Below, piece by piece: positions 25,298 to 37,656 of a DNA stretch of 45,911 nucleotides. Below the pieces are notes generated by a model that saw only the letters and a list, made by a program, of their open reading frames with translations, had not been told where the DNA came from and made no database searches. This DNA comes from Sarea resinae. Taxonomy: Eukaryota. Numbering within the stretch: the stretch's first letter is position 1; every line of letters starts with the position of its first letter. The DNA is taken from the NCBI GenBank assembly GCA_026026165.1, contig JAPEUD010000014.1, positions 372,001 to 417,911 on the forward strand, written 5' to 3'. The translations under genes were made by a program, and so were the position numbers.

Positions 25298-25345
25298 ACG
25301 CGTCATTCGGCGTAAGGACTCTAACGCCTGACGCGCGAGACGCGA
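25298..25345. promoter_or_regulatory. Cluster of MCB-like elements (ACGCGT, ACGCG x2) upstream of the 783-aa gene
   Basis: ACGCGT 25298-25303, then ACGCGCG at 25331 and ACGCGA at 25340, about 140-185 nt upstream of ATG 25483. Confidence 0.45.
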
Positions 25346-25482
25346 CCGCCTAAGGTATCCACAAGCGACCGTATGCCGGTGGGGGATGGAATGTCAACAC
25401 CAAACAGCGACCTTCAGTGTTGATAAACTGGCCTCCGGCTTGTGATTCCTGCGGAAGGCAATGCGTCTAGTGATCTTATTCG

Positions 25483-27889
25483 ATGGCCACGGAGATCCTT
25501 GATTCCGACGATGAGACTGGAGATCGAAGCCCCTCACCGCCTATGGTCGACAATGGCATCACTTCCTTTTCCGAATCTGCTGAACTTGCAGGAACGACAC
25601 CGAACAACGGACCGCATCCGAGCGTCAACTTAAGCATCGGCTCGACTGGTATTTGAATCCCTTCGCTATCTCTCGTCTGAAGACATCTAACTCGTCTGAC
25701 TAGACAAGCTGAACATGGATATTCGCGAGGCACGCCGTGCGCTCATGGAGCTGACTCCAAACACCAGGTCTCCGCTCGACAATGCAGTATCAAGTCGCGA
25801 CGAAAGCCCTTTCACTTCGTCCGTTAAACGGCGGAAGACCATGAGAACTTACTCCTCGAAAAGCGACTCGGACAAGATCAGGCGAAGCACTACTGGGTTG
25901 GACTCGCCGAACGCATTTAGACAGAGTCATAGGCAAGTCGGCTCGCTGAGAAGTCAGGGAGTCGTTGATCGCAATTGGGAGGGCTGGGAATTTACTGGGA
26001 GCAGTCCCTCAGACGACCTTATAATCCAGAATGGAGAGGAGTCGGTGAAAGTCAAGAGCAGAAATGCTAAGAGAAGCATACAAGCGTCTGGATTGCAGTT
26101 CAAAGATAATGATTACCATTGTGATCAAGGAGGAGATGATAATGCAGCCGCAGGGTTTGAAAACTCGGTAAAAACTACGACAATCAATAGACGCTATCTG
26201 GAGGCTGTACTGATCAATGGTGGTAAGAGTGCACAGCAGCGGTCCCAGGCAGACGACATGATGAAACGGGTGGATGGAGATGGAAAAGATGGATTGCCAT
26301 CTACATTACAATTTGACATACGAGGAAGTACAAACCATGAGCGTCGTGATCACTCCGACAAATCTGACCATGAGCAAGAAACATGGCTTCCGGATATCTC
26401 CACAGGGAGGAGTGAGCACGCAGGGACGAACGCCATGATCACCACAGATTGGATGCCGCCGCCTTTGCACGGTTATCCGACTCTTTTTGATCCTTTAGCG
26501 CGATACCCCGGAGAATCGAGTACGATACCTGATCCTACGCCCGCAGAGGAGACCCAGAAGGACACATCAGAGCCTCATGGCTCTAGATCGACCGAGAAGT
26601 CCAGTTTCGAAAGGGCCATGGCCAGTAGTCCACCTTTCGGTATCTCAACCTCGATGATACTCGATGGGTATTCTAATCGAGCAAGAGAGCCGTCTCCCAC
26701 AACTAACTCTAGAGAAACAGTTCCGGCGAGAATCGTCGAACTTGACGTTCCATCTTCAAGTGGTGCTAGGGAATCCTCCGTCGCCATGTCAGGCACACCA
26801 AGTCCTCGTCTTCGGCGCAAACGTCGGACCAAGACGACGATGGGATTCATCCCGCAGCCAGTCAACGACACAGATTCAGATGACGAGATTGCTCTCTCCC
26901 CTAGAAAGATTACCCCGAAGCCAATTGTTGTGCACGAAACGATGGCAAAGAATGGTGTACAAGCTCTTGAAGCCATTGGTCCTAGACGGCTGAAAGGCGC
27001 AAACCAGAACCGGCCGGCGGACGAGCTTGGCTCTGAAGATAATGAAATACCGGTCGAGCAGTACAAACCACGACCAAGCCGTTCGAGAGCTGCTAAAGCG
27101 CCAGAAATGGATCTCATAGACTTTTCCAGGCGTCCGGAAGCGAGACCTCGAGCTAGGCGAAAGAAAACCGTCGACATGGAGAGTCAAGAGTTGCATATGG
27201 AAGAGGCTTCGTTCAAAGTCAATGAGCGTGGTCCCTCAGCCGAGAGAGGAGTATCGATAGTGCAAAATGAAGAGCCCGTCCGAGAAGAAGAGCACCTACC
27301 GAAGGTCATATTACAGGCCGCCTCACATCCGCCACACGAATCCGCGGCATCCACAAGGGATGCGCCTTCCGCACCCTCCAAAATAATAGAGACCGAATCA
27401 AATCATGCAGAAACCAGATCAGAGCCTCGAAAAGCCCAAAGCCAAGCCGACCGTAAGACGTCGAAACCGTCGACTCAGATTACTCAATCACGAAAACGGC
27501 GAAAGACCCAGGAGGAAGATCCGTCTTGCACCAAAGAAACCCTTCCAGAAGAGCATCTTCAGCCCACTGCCATCGAAGTCTCCCACTCGAGATTGGTTGA
27601 ACACCTAGAAACATGCCCGCCGCCACCTCTCGTGGACAGCGGAGAGAAGGTGACCTCCATCCACCAACCAGACCCAGAGCCCGAAACGACCTCAAAGACC
27701 ATCCGCGCTCATCCTCCTCTTTCCCCCTCGAATCAGCCAAAAACGTCCGACCAGGCAACCCCGGAAACGCCGACCTCAAAGCCAAAGACGGCGCACAGCC
27801 CAATCCAAAGCGGGAATAAAGTCCCGTACCGTGTCGGGTTGAGCAAACGAGCGCGTATTCAGCCATTGTTGAGGAGTGTCAGGAAATAG
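25483..27889 (+). CDS. Uncharacterised disordered protein (~783 aa) with basic C-terminal motif
   Basis: Exon 1 25483-25648 (MATEILDSDDE...SIGST), intron 25649-25703 (GTATTT..CTAAC..TAG), exon 2 25704-27889 in frame with the 724-aa ORF. Motifs EQYKPRPSRSRA and C-terminal KVPYRVGLSKRARIQPLLRSVRK. Function not recognised. Confidence 0.78.
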
Positions 27890-28090
27890 GTCGTTCGTAA
27901 TTTGTTTCTGCTTAAGGGGATGGTGCATGGGCAATGTGGGCAATGGGGGCAGTGTCAAGAGGGTAGTCAGTAAGCAGAGGAGAGGTGGTAGCGGGGGTAC
28001 AGTGTAGAAGGGATGGAATGGAGTCTAGGGATGGTGCTGATGCGGGCTGTGAATCTGGTTCGGGACAAATCTTAATGCGATACGGAATCA

Positions 28091-28125
28091 GGGATCTGGG
28101 ATACGGGATACGGGATATGGGACAG
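28091..28125. repeat. 7-bp tandem repeat (GGGATAC-like) x5
   Basis: GGGATCT GGGATAC GGGATAC GGGATAT GGGACAG, read directly. Confidence 0.75.
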
Positions 28126-28503
28126 AAGCAACAGGATCGCCACGAAAAGGCATACAGGGATCAAGTTCAAGCATACCATACATGACAGAGGAACGACGCC
28201 ACGCGAGACGACGCACTTGATTGTCATCACGATGCTCGCTCACTCACCCAATCAATCAATCAATCATTTGCCCTTTCGCTCATATACCTCAACCGCCCGT
28301 GGAGTTTGCTGGTGGATTTGGCTCTAGAGACATGAATGTTCTTGATAGCAATATTTGTCGATTTGTTCTTCCCTTTTGCTGTGGATATATACCCTTGACT
28401 TACTTTGTAGATTTCATACAATCGAGCTCTTCCCCGTTCATATCCGGCTCAGCATCGCTTCTATGCTTTGATATACTAGCATATCAATTCCATCTCCCCT
28501 TCT

Positions 28504-28534
<31 letters not shown>

Positions 28535-28563
28535 CCTCTCTCTCACCCATACGCATGACTCAC

Positions 28564-30199
28564 TTACGCTGCAAACGCATAACTCCCCAACACAGCATAT
28601 ACATCCCACGGACCCATCACCCCTCTCCTTTCCCCTTCCCATTCCCTTTCACCTGCCTCCCGACCCCCCCTCTCCAGAATCCCCGCCACCACGCCCGCAT
28701 TCCTGATCCCAAGCGCCGCGTCCAGGAACCGGAGGTGCGCCGTCACCCACGCCCGGATCGGCGAAGCGGGGCTGGCGTACAGAGCGGCGACGTAGAGTGG
28801 GAAGAGGAGCGTGTAGTTGGCGAGTCTTTGCTGTGGTGATGGACTGGGGTTGGGGGGGACGGTAACTGAGGAAGAGATGGTGAATTGTGGGGCGCTGAAG
28901 CAGATGGCTTGCGCGAGGGCGTCGATTGTGGCTGTGGTTGTGGTTGTGGTTGTCGCTGGGTGGGGAGGGCGGAGGGGGAGGGATTTTTCTTCTTCATCTT
29001 CTCCCCCTTTTTCTGCGCTATATTTTGTCGTCGCCGTCGCCGTCGCCGTCATCGTCGGGTTGACGCAGTGCGTGCGCATGAGATCATTCAAGAAGATGCG
29101 CATCACCCGCAGCACGTTCCACGTCTGAGTCGTGAAATGGTCCGCGTACGTATCGAAGCGCTGCTCGAACACCCGCTCCGAGGCCGCCTCAAGGTACGTG
29201 GTACGATAGCGCCATCTAGCCGGCATGCTCTGAGCCAGCGACAAGAACCGGTGATCGAGCTCCGCGGCGCGAGCGACGATGTCTTCCGGATCGGTGAGCC
29301 GACGATCCTGGATCGCGCCTTGCAGGTGCGCGTACTGGAGCACCAGCCCGGACACGCGCCACTTGGGGTCGGTGCCGTCGAGGAACGGCGCCAGGTCTGC
29401 GCGGAGCTTGAGGAGGGCCGGGGGCACGGGCGCGTTGGCTGCCACGCAGCTGATGAGCAGGTTGGTGCTCAGGCGCACTGACAGCCGCCGGCCCGTGTAG
29501 GTCTGCAGGTGGCCGGCGTCGCGCAGCTTGACTAGGGCCAGCGCGCCGTTGACGTGGCTCATCCATGACGCTGTCGAGCGCGGGTTGGTGTTGGTCAGTT
29601 TCTCGAAGAGGTCGAGCAGGAGCACGGCGAGGAGGGTGGAGTCGCTCGTTGCGGATGAGGCTGATCTCAGCGCTTGGTTGAGGAGTGGGAGCGCGAGTGA
29701 GTACTTCTGCCGTGCCCTCTGCGAGACCGACATGCTGCCGCGGCATTGGAGGTCGTATATGGCTAGACTGACGGCATCGATGCTGGCCTCGAGATGGCTG
29801 TCTAGTCTGGGTTGCACATACAGCCGTTCGAGGACGTCGTATGTCTTCGAGAAGCCGGACACGTAGTGCGAGAAAAACGCAGCCCTGGCCCTCTCGTCGA
29901 TCGTGGTGGTGATAGTCTGTGGGACAGCTATACTGACCGCAGCACGGGTCAAGGCTTTCTGCTTGGTCGTCTGGCTTTCGTCGCGGATCCTTAGCTGCTC
30001 CGTGTCGCGATAGCCGGAGCATAACAGGGTGGCTCGGGCACACTGGCCGCAGGAGTCTTTCTGGAGATCACACTATGGCTTTGTCAACCGCTGAGAAGGG
30101 GGGGGGGGATTGGAGTCAATAGTTCAAGTTGAGACTCACACGAAGCTTTCTCCTTCTGCACTGCAGGCAAGCCTTGGAGGGTTTGCCGCGGTACACCAT
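28564..30199 (-). CDS. Zn(II)2Cys6 binuclear cluster transcription factor with fungal-specific C-terminal domain (~522 aa)
   Basis: Exon 1 30199-30140 (MVYRGKPSKACLQCRRRKLR), intron 30139-30073 (GTGAGT..TTGAC..TAG), exon 2 30072-28564 (CDLQKDSCGQCARATLLCSGY...). Six cysteines in Gal4-type spacing. C-terminal region has DSTLLAVLLLDLFE, WMSHVNGALALVKLR and LLFPLY motifs. Confidence 0.92.
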
Positions 30200-30777
30200 G
30201 ATGCCTGTTGCTGTCTTCTGCCTTCTAGCTTCTCGCGTTGGCTATCCCCGGGAAGATAAAGTCCTTGACCCAGGCCGACTTGAGCTTCGTAGCTGTTCCA
30301 TAGAGATGATGCCACCCTTGCATCAACGCGCGCGTGAAATTCCGCGTCGATGTTGGCTGGAGTCAAGCCCCACCTACATAGAGGAGCTCGAAGCAAATAG
30401 CTCTGTCCCGAGTCCGGACTTAGTCGGCGATACAGATTAGCTAGCGATGCAGATCCGACCATTCCTAAAAGCGTAGGCGTTCCGTAGCCGTCGGCAGATC
30501 CTTGCGTCAACACCATACTGGAAGCGGTATGCAATTCGGAGAGGTCATCATGGTGATTCTTGCCTCTCAACAACCTTGAGATCCGTGATTTGTAAATGTG
30601 CTCTGGGGAATCTCTGCAAGATGTCATCCCGCAGGGAAAAATCCCAAAGACATTGGGTCGTGCATAAAAAGAGACAATCCTCCCAGAAAAGTTGATCACG
30701 AACCACCCGTCATCAACCAAAATTAGCTTTTAATCTTTGATTAAACAGAAGCTGCAGCAGCTTGAATTCCTTCAGAG

Positions 30778-31796
30778 ATGCCATTTCAATACAAACACGT
30801 CCTCGTGATTGGGGCAACTTCTGGCATAGGCGCCGCCATGGCCAATCGCCTCGTCCAAGAAGGAGCCAAGGTCATTGCCGTCGGCCGTCGACAAGACCGG
30901 CTCGACGGGTTCGTCCACAAGCATGGAAAGGAGAAGGCCAGCGCGGTCAAATTCGACATCACTGACAGGAGGGTCATGGATCAGTTCGTGAACAAGTCAG
31001 TCTTGTCCCCTGCCTCCCCTCCTTTTGCCCCTTTGGCCGGCTGTCCTCAGTCGGTATTGTGTGGTAGAGAGAGATATCCTGACAGCATCTCCCATTAAGC
31101 ATCACGCACACATACCCCGACCTGGACTGCGTTTTTCTGAACGCGGGAATCCAACACGAAACCAGCTTCGCACCTCCGGAGAAGTTCGAGCTCGACCGCT
31201 TTCATTCCCAGATCGACACCAATTTCTCCTGCTTCGTCGATCTGACCATGAAGTTCTTGCCCTTCCTGATGAACCAGAAGACCGAGACAAGTTTGATATA
31301 GTCAGACCCATTCCCTGTCCTTCTTGCAGCCACGGAAAGTGGAAGATTGAACTGACAACAACAAATAAATCGAACAGCACGGGCTCCAATTTAGCCATCG
31401 TACCCACACCCAAGTTTACTGCATACTCCGTGTCCAAGGCGGCCTTGAATACATTTGTTCTCTGCCTGCGTGAGCAACTCAAGGACTCCTCCGTCAGGAT
31501 CATAGAGATATCGCCACCTCCTGTCCAGAGTATGCGCATGCGATGCGAGAATGACTGATCGTGCAAGACAGCTGACGTCTCCCACAGCGGAACTGCACGA
31601 CTGGATGAGCCCCGAAATCGGACGAAAGCTCGGTATGCCGCTGGATGCATTCACCGACGAGGCATACAGGGGTCTCGCGTCTGGAAGTGATCAGATCGTC
31701 ATCGGATCCATCGGTCCATCTGATACCTTCAATGAGATCATTGACAAGAGGCGGACTACCTTCGAGAACTTGTCCAAAATGATGAGAGATCATTAG
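30778..31796 (+). CDS. Classical short-chain dehydrogenase/reductase (DltE-like), ~259 aa
   Basis: Exons 30778-30995, 31100-31300, 31378-31529, 31588-31796 (780 nt). Gly-rich IGATSGIG, FLNAGIQ, catalytic Ser (TGS) and YxxxK (YSVSK), IEISPPPVQTELH. Confidence 0.93.
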
Positions 31797-32617
31797 GGAG
31801 CACGAAAGATTGTGAGCGCAGCCAGTATAACTCCCAGCGTACTGCCAGGAGAGAAAAGGAGTGGTGTGACTTTGTTTCCACTTCGGAGCTCAAATCAAAA
31901 CTGAACAGGTACACTAAGAGTAAAATATCTGAAGCTGGGTAGATATTCTCAGTCGTACTAATTCAAAGAGATATTGTCAAACCTCCAAGTTAATAACAGA
32001 TCCGATTAAGGTCAGATAGGTCTGCGTGGTATAGTGACTAGCAAGATGCTGTAGATGATAGATCGATATTCTGAGGTAGCAAAGTCCTCTATCTGCGTCC
32101 GACTTCATATGATCATATGTATTGAAATCATGATAACGATTATTGTTCGTCCCCAGCAGGTACGATGCTCATGCCACAGATCACGATCTGACAAGGCCAT
32201 GACCAACCCCATATCATCGCATGGTGCTCAGATCTACTACCTACTTATTAGGGAATACTGCAATTGACAGGAGGCCAAAAGGGTATATCATTTCCCTTTG
32301 CATGTTCATAGGTCTTTGAAATCCCCACTTGAATGCGACCTTCTTACTGTCTCCTCAAGTGTTTCTCGTAGTATTTTCAATTGCTCCGGCCTGTCTACCG
32401 CTCTACCACTAATCTCCAGCCGCAGCGAACCAATAAAGTAGGCCGTTAGGTCATAAAGGAGACTCAAACATAAACGAAAAGGATGCGCCCTCTTACCCCC
32501 CTCCATGACTAAGAAAGGGAGAAGGAGAGATTACAAGAGAGAAGAAAAGGAAAAGAAATCCGATAATCCGATTGTCGCCATCATTATTTTGATATACGCT
32601 GAACTTGTCAATAGCAA

Positions 32618-35175
32618 TCAAATCAATCTCTTCAGTGCCTCCACGGCCGCCTCTAAAACGCCCGGATTCTTCTCCCGCATGAGCACGGCTTTCAGAACCT
32701 CGACGCCGCCCTCCTGCTTCACTTTCTCGGTGCCCTGTCGCCCCGCCTCGCCCAACGCACACACAATGTTCTGCACGCACACGACGCCGCGATGCACAAG
32801 GCTTTCGTCATCATGTTCCTCGCAGAGACCCAAGAGGATCTTTACGCCGCGGTCGCGCGCCACGACCGCCTTGACCGCCTCATCCCACTCCGTTAGCATG
32901 GCAAGCGCACCGCCAGCTGCACGGCGCGTAGCCTCGTCTTCGGCATCCGCTAGAGCCAGAAGAATATGGAGTCTGTTGTTTGCGGCGGGGGAACCATCGG
33001 CAAATTTGGCGGTGGTTTCCGCCAAAGCCATGAGGTTGCAGATGAGCTCTACGGCGGCGCGTTGAAGGAGTGGGTTTGAGTGCAGGAGAAGTGATTCTGT
33101 GACGGGCTTAAAGGAGAGTTGGAGGATTAGGTGTCGGGTCGGATCGTCTGTGGAGGCGAGATTGGTGAGGGCTAGGAGGGACTCGAATGTGGGAAGAAGA
33201 TCGCGGGGGCCATTGTCGTCAAAGATACCATCGTCGTCGGAAGAAGGAAGGAGGAAGACGAGCGGACGAATGGCGGACGTGATGGGGAGGGCGGATGAGC
33301 CGAAAATATGAGAAGGGTTGACGGATATGAGTATTCGGGCTAGGGTGTGAGCGGCTGTGCGGCGCGAGACTATATCTGTTGCGGAGGCGGTGGTGTCGGG
33401 AATGGCGGAGTAGGCCTGGAGGATGAGCTTGACCGCCCCCTGTTGAGCCAGAGGACCACGGTTCTTCGAGTCTCTGGAAAGTGAGAGCAGTATAGTGAGA
33501 ATAAGGGAGAGCGCTGTTGGGGAAACCTTTCTGCTGATGGTAAGAAGAAGAGGGACGAGACCTGCATCGAGAACGGCTTTGCAGCGAACTGTCACGGCAG
33601 GATCTTTATTGAGGGGATCCGGCTCGAGATTGACTTTAGATGTGTTCGCGTAGGCTTTAAGTTGGGACAGCCGCTTCTGCTCCTCAGAGAGGTTGGGGAG
33701 GTATGAGGTTATGTTGACGAATATGTTGAGACCGCCGAAGATGATGCTGGAATTTGGGGGGGTATGCTCAAGGGTAGAAATTAAACTCTTGAGAAATGGC
33801 TTGTCTTTCGCAAGTCTCTCTTTTACTGTGGGCTGTAAAGACGTAAATGCAAGGCCTTCTATCGAGCTCTGCTTGTCGTTCACGCTTTCTTTGACCATCA
33901 TCTTTTGGAACATGTCTACCAGTGCATTGACACTTTTGGCTTCTTCCTGCACTCGCTGGTCTTTTCCGGTGCTATTCTCTCCACTGGGGCTCCTAATCTT
34001 AGCCAGTATGAGCGCAGCCATCCCTGGGCTCGGATCATTTCCGTCTTCCAGGATATCCTCCAGCCATTCGGAACAGTACTTCGATATTGCCTCGCGACAT
34101 GCTCGATCGATACAAGCAGCACTCAAAAGTTCCAGGGCAGCATGCTCCGCCTTTGAGCTTTTTAGCTTTTTGTTGACCGTGGACTCCAGCGACGGAACGA
34201 AGCCTTCTGTGAGGAAAAGGGAAGAGGCCATCGATGGTACAATAGGAAAGACGGCTGCCGCAACCGAGAGCGCCGTGATTAATTGATCGTTCGTATGCTT
34301 GGCGATCCGAGAAGTGACGAACTTGGTCAGGAGCGCATGGCCAGCATCCCCTGAGACCTCGAGATACTTTGCCGTAGCAAGAGTGGCCTGGCTTCGTACT
34401 TCTTGACTCCTTCGATTATCCAGTGAAGTCAGAATAGGGTCTAGCGTGTCTTCGTCGATCAGATATTTCAGCTTCTCGGCATCTGCTGCCAGAAGACGTG
34501 CGATTCCCCTCAAAGCTCGACCGGGGTGATCCTGCCCAGCTTCCATGAGCTTAGCAAGGAGTAGCTGAAAAACGTCATGTTCCATACGGTCCCTTGTTTC
34601 TTGTGAAGCCCAGGCCATGGTATCGAGAAGCATCAAAACAAGACCGCCAATGGCTGCATCGCCCTTCTCCCAAAGGCTCTCGAAGACTTGCGGCTGAGAT
34701 TCGTCGATCTGAGTCGCCAGGTATGCTCTTGCCCCTAAGCTTTGACGCAGAATACCACCGACCAATTCATCAGCAGTTGTCTCATCTGCTTCCACTGGCC
34801 GCTCCAGTAGAATCTTTAGACATTGTTCTCCCACGTCGTGTGATATTTGCCCGTTTGACCGTTCCACGAGCCGAAGAGCTTCCTTGCCGGCCGCTGCGTC
34901 CTTCTGCAGCACGAATCTGCGACATAGCTTTGCTAGAGGATCAGCAGCCTCTTCCTGCTGTATCTTTGCGAAGGCCGCCTTGACTTCTTTATTCTCGGGC
35001 GAGATGGACGCGGCCTCACGTAGCAACCGGGCACCTTCCTATCCGACACGAGGTTAGTGATTTGCACATCGATCATGAGCGTCGAGGCCCTAACCTCAAG
35101 TCGATCACGGGAGACTGATTCGAGTGCCCTTTGGGCCAGCTCTTGCGCTCTGGTATCATCCCCGGAGCTGGACAT
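32618..35175 (-). CDS. CRO1: UCS-domain myosin chaperone (Cro1/She4/Rng3/UNC-45 family), ~833 aa
   Basis: Exon 1 35175-35095, intron 35094-35039 (GTTAGG..CTAAC..TAG), exon 2 35038-32618. ARM-type motifs ELLSAACID, IEGLAFTSL, QLKAYAN, RGPLAQQGAVK, LARILISVNP, FESLLALTNLAS, RAAVELICNL, RRAAGGALAMLT, HRGVVC are typical of the UCS domain. Confidence 0.93.
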
Positions 35176-35666
35176 CTTACCGAGCTCGTGGGGGAATTTA
35201 TTTTGATGCTCGTAGGAAGCCCGAGTCAGAGAGCAGATGAGGTGCAATGGAGGGGCAATGGAGGGGCAATGGGGAGGCAATCACGGGCGAGGGCACGAGC
35301 TTTTGTATTGCTTATTTCTCATTGTGCAGCCAGGCAGCTCAGGTAAGGTATGATGATTGCATTGACATTGGATGTATCACATACTCTTCCTCCGAGGAGC
35401 TTTCGCTGGAAGTCCTTGTATCTGTTGTGGCTTATCGATAGAAAGTGACATCCCAGCCGAGTCACATGCACAGGCGTCGGCTTGCGACCATCATCGAGAT
35501 CGAGAGCGACGGAGTAGAACACCAGAACACCAGAACACCAGAGAACCAAATCATCGCCACCTCATATCGCACCACCTCTTCCAGCGAAAAGGGCCATCTC
35601 GAGACTGTCCGGCATGTTCGGGACGACCCCAATCATCGTGAGAAGCGCATCTTGGGCGAGGCCATC

Positions 35667-37041
35667 ATGAACGCCGTAGACGGCTCCGAACATTATGAAC
35701 GGGAATCAAACGGTAGCACATCCATCTGTTCAACATGTCTGCTCACCTACTGACTCTTCCCCTCAGAACCGCCTCCATCGCTCCTTACCGTCATCCTCGA
35801 CACCAATCCGCACGCCTGGTCCCTGCTCTCCTCCACCCTGCCGCTCTCCAAAGCCATTGCCAACATCCTCGTCTTCATCAACGCTCATCTGGCCTTCAAC
35901 TACGCCAACAAGGTCGCCGTCATAGCCAGCCACTCCCAACGCGCCCAATTCCTCTACCCTTCCCCGCCGTCCGCCTCCACATCTCTCGATCACCATGATG
36001 CCCCCCAACTACCCGCATCCGCTACGGGCCAAGAAGACACCGAGATGGCCGACGCACCTCCGAAACCGAAACTGAAACTCACCCTCAACGGCCGGAAACC
36101 TACGCCTTCCTCCGCCTCTCCAGCAGCTGAAGCCGGCCAGGCCCGCACAACAGACGACGCAAACAAATACCTGCCATTCCGCCTCGTCGAAGAAGAAGTC
36201 ATGTCGAACCTGCGTGCCCTCATCGCCTCCACCACGGCCTCGGATATCTCCACCACGAATAGCACGCAGATGGCGGGCGCGCTGACCCTGGCCCTCAGCT
36301 ATACCAACAAGCAAGCACTGGCCTACACGGAGAGCAATGGCGGCAGCGCCGGCGCCACGGGCGACCGAGGCGGCAACGACGGCCGCGAGCCGGAGAAGGC
36401 GAAACAGCTCCAAAGCCGCATCCTCGTCCTCAGCGTCTCGGGCGACCTGGCATTCCAGTACATACCGGTTATGAATTGCATCTTCGCCGCTCAAAGACAG
36501 GTATGCCTTACTCCCTCCCCCTTGCCCGCCCCCACCCTTGCTCCTCTGGCCTCTCGTGATCCCACACAAGCGCAGCATCTAACCAAGTTCTCCGACCCAG
36601 CGCATCCCCATCGACATTCTCAAAATCGCCGGCGACACGGTATTCCTGCAGCAAGCCTCGGACGCCACACGAGGCATCTACCTACCGCTGGACCCGCGCC
36701 AAGGCCTGCTGCAATACCTGATGATGGCGTACCTGCCGTCGCCACTCACGCGCCAGCACCTGATCCCGCCGACGCAGGTCAACGTCGACTTCCGCGCCGC
36801 GTGTTTCTGCCACAAGCGCGTCGTCGACGTCGGCTACGTCTGCAGCATCTGCCTGAGCATCTTCTGCCAACCCCCTGCCGCCGGCGAGTGCTTGACCTGC
36901 GGCACCCTGCTGGGCGTCGCTGACTATGGCCGCCGAGCTGCTGTTGTTGCCAGGAAGAAGAAGAAGAAGAGGAGACTTGATGGGGCCGGCGGCACGGGCG
37001 GCACGCCGACGCCGACGCCCGGAGGCACACCACTTCCGTGA
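35667..37041 (+). CDS. TFB4: TFIIH core subunit Tfb4 (p34/GTF2H3), ~406 aa
   Basis: Exons 35667-35712, 35767-36500, 36601-37041 (1221 nt). SLLTVILDTNPHAW, VFINAHLAFN, MAGALTLALSY, QYIPVMNCIFAAQ, FLQQASDATRGIY, and C-terminal Zn motif VDFRAACFCH...GYVCSICLSIFC...CLTCG. Confidence 0.96.
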
Positions 37042-37586
37042 AATCTTGATAGAATCGTCGCGGGTTCCGGAGTACAGGCATTTTCTTCTTCTCCACATTC
37101 AAGCGGGCGGGCTCAGGTAGAAAAGGCGCGCATTTTTCTATTATTTCCACTGTTGTTCATATCCTACCAACTAGTCGGAAAGCTAGATCTAAATCTCCAG
37201 CCACATTCAGCATCATAGAGACTCATTTTCAAACTTCAATTCAGTTCGCTTCTCGTTCCAGCCTCTACGTATAGCAACGTATTATGATCAGAGCACTACA
37301 TCACAGTCGATATCAACCAAATTGAAGGAAGCTTCAAGATGGAAAAGCACTCAGATAGAGATATATAACACATCGTATTCCAGACCACCACCACCACCAC
37401 CACCTCGTCCCGTCCTAACTTGGGACACAGCCAAAATCAGACCCACCGACCTCTCAGAGCCATACTTCTCCAACATTTCTAGCTCCTATTCCTAGTCCCA
37501 GCGCCACATTTCCAAGCCATGTCCTTAGATGCTCCTCCTCATCCCCATCGCTCCCCGCCTCTCTCTCTCTCTCTCATCAAAGCCAC

Positions 37587-37646
37587 CTATACACGCAGTT
37601 AGCCGTCTTTCCCAACTGACTCAAAACATAGGCAGGGAAGACTTAT
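37587..37646 (-). other. Terminal 60-nt intron of pre-TER with non-canonical 5' splice site AUAAGU (spliceosomal 3'-end cleavage signal)
   Basis: Minus strand reads ...GAGAAUUUUUUUU|AUAAGUcuucccugcc...acgGCUAACugcguguaUAG. 5'SS at 37646-37641, branch point GCUAAC at 37603-37598, 3'SS UAG ending at 37587. Confidence 0.88.
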
Positions 37647-37656
37647 AAAAAAAATT
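37647..37656 (-). other. Sm/Lsm binding site (AAUUUUUUUU) at the predicted mature 3' end of TER
   Basis: A + U8 run directly abutting the AUAAGU splice donor, the arrangement known for fungal telomerase RNAs. Confidence 0.85.
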
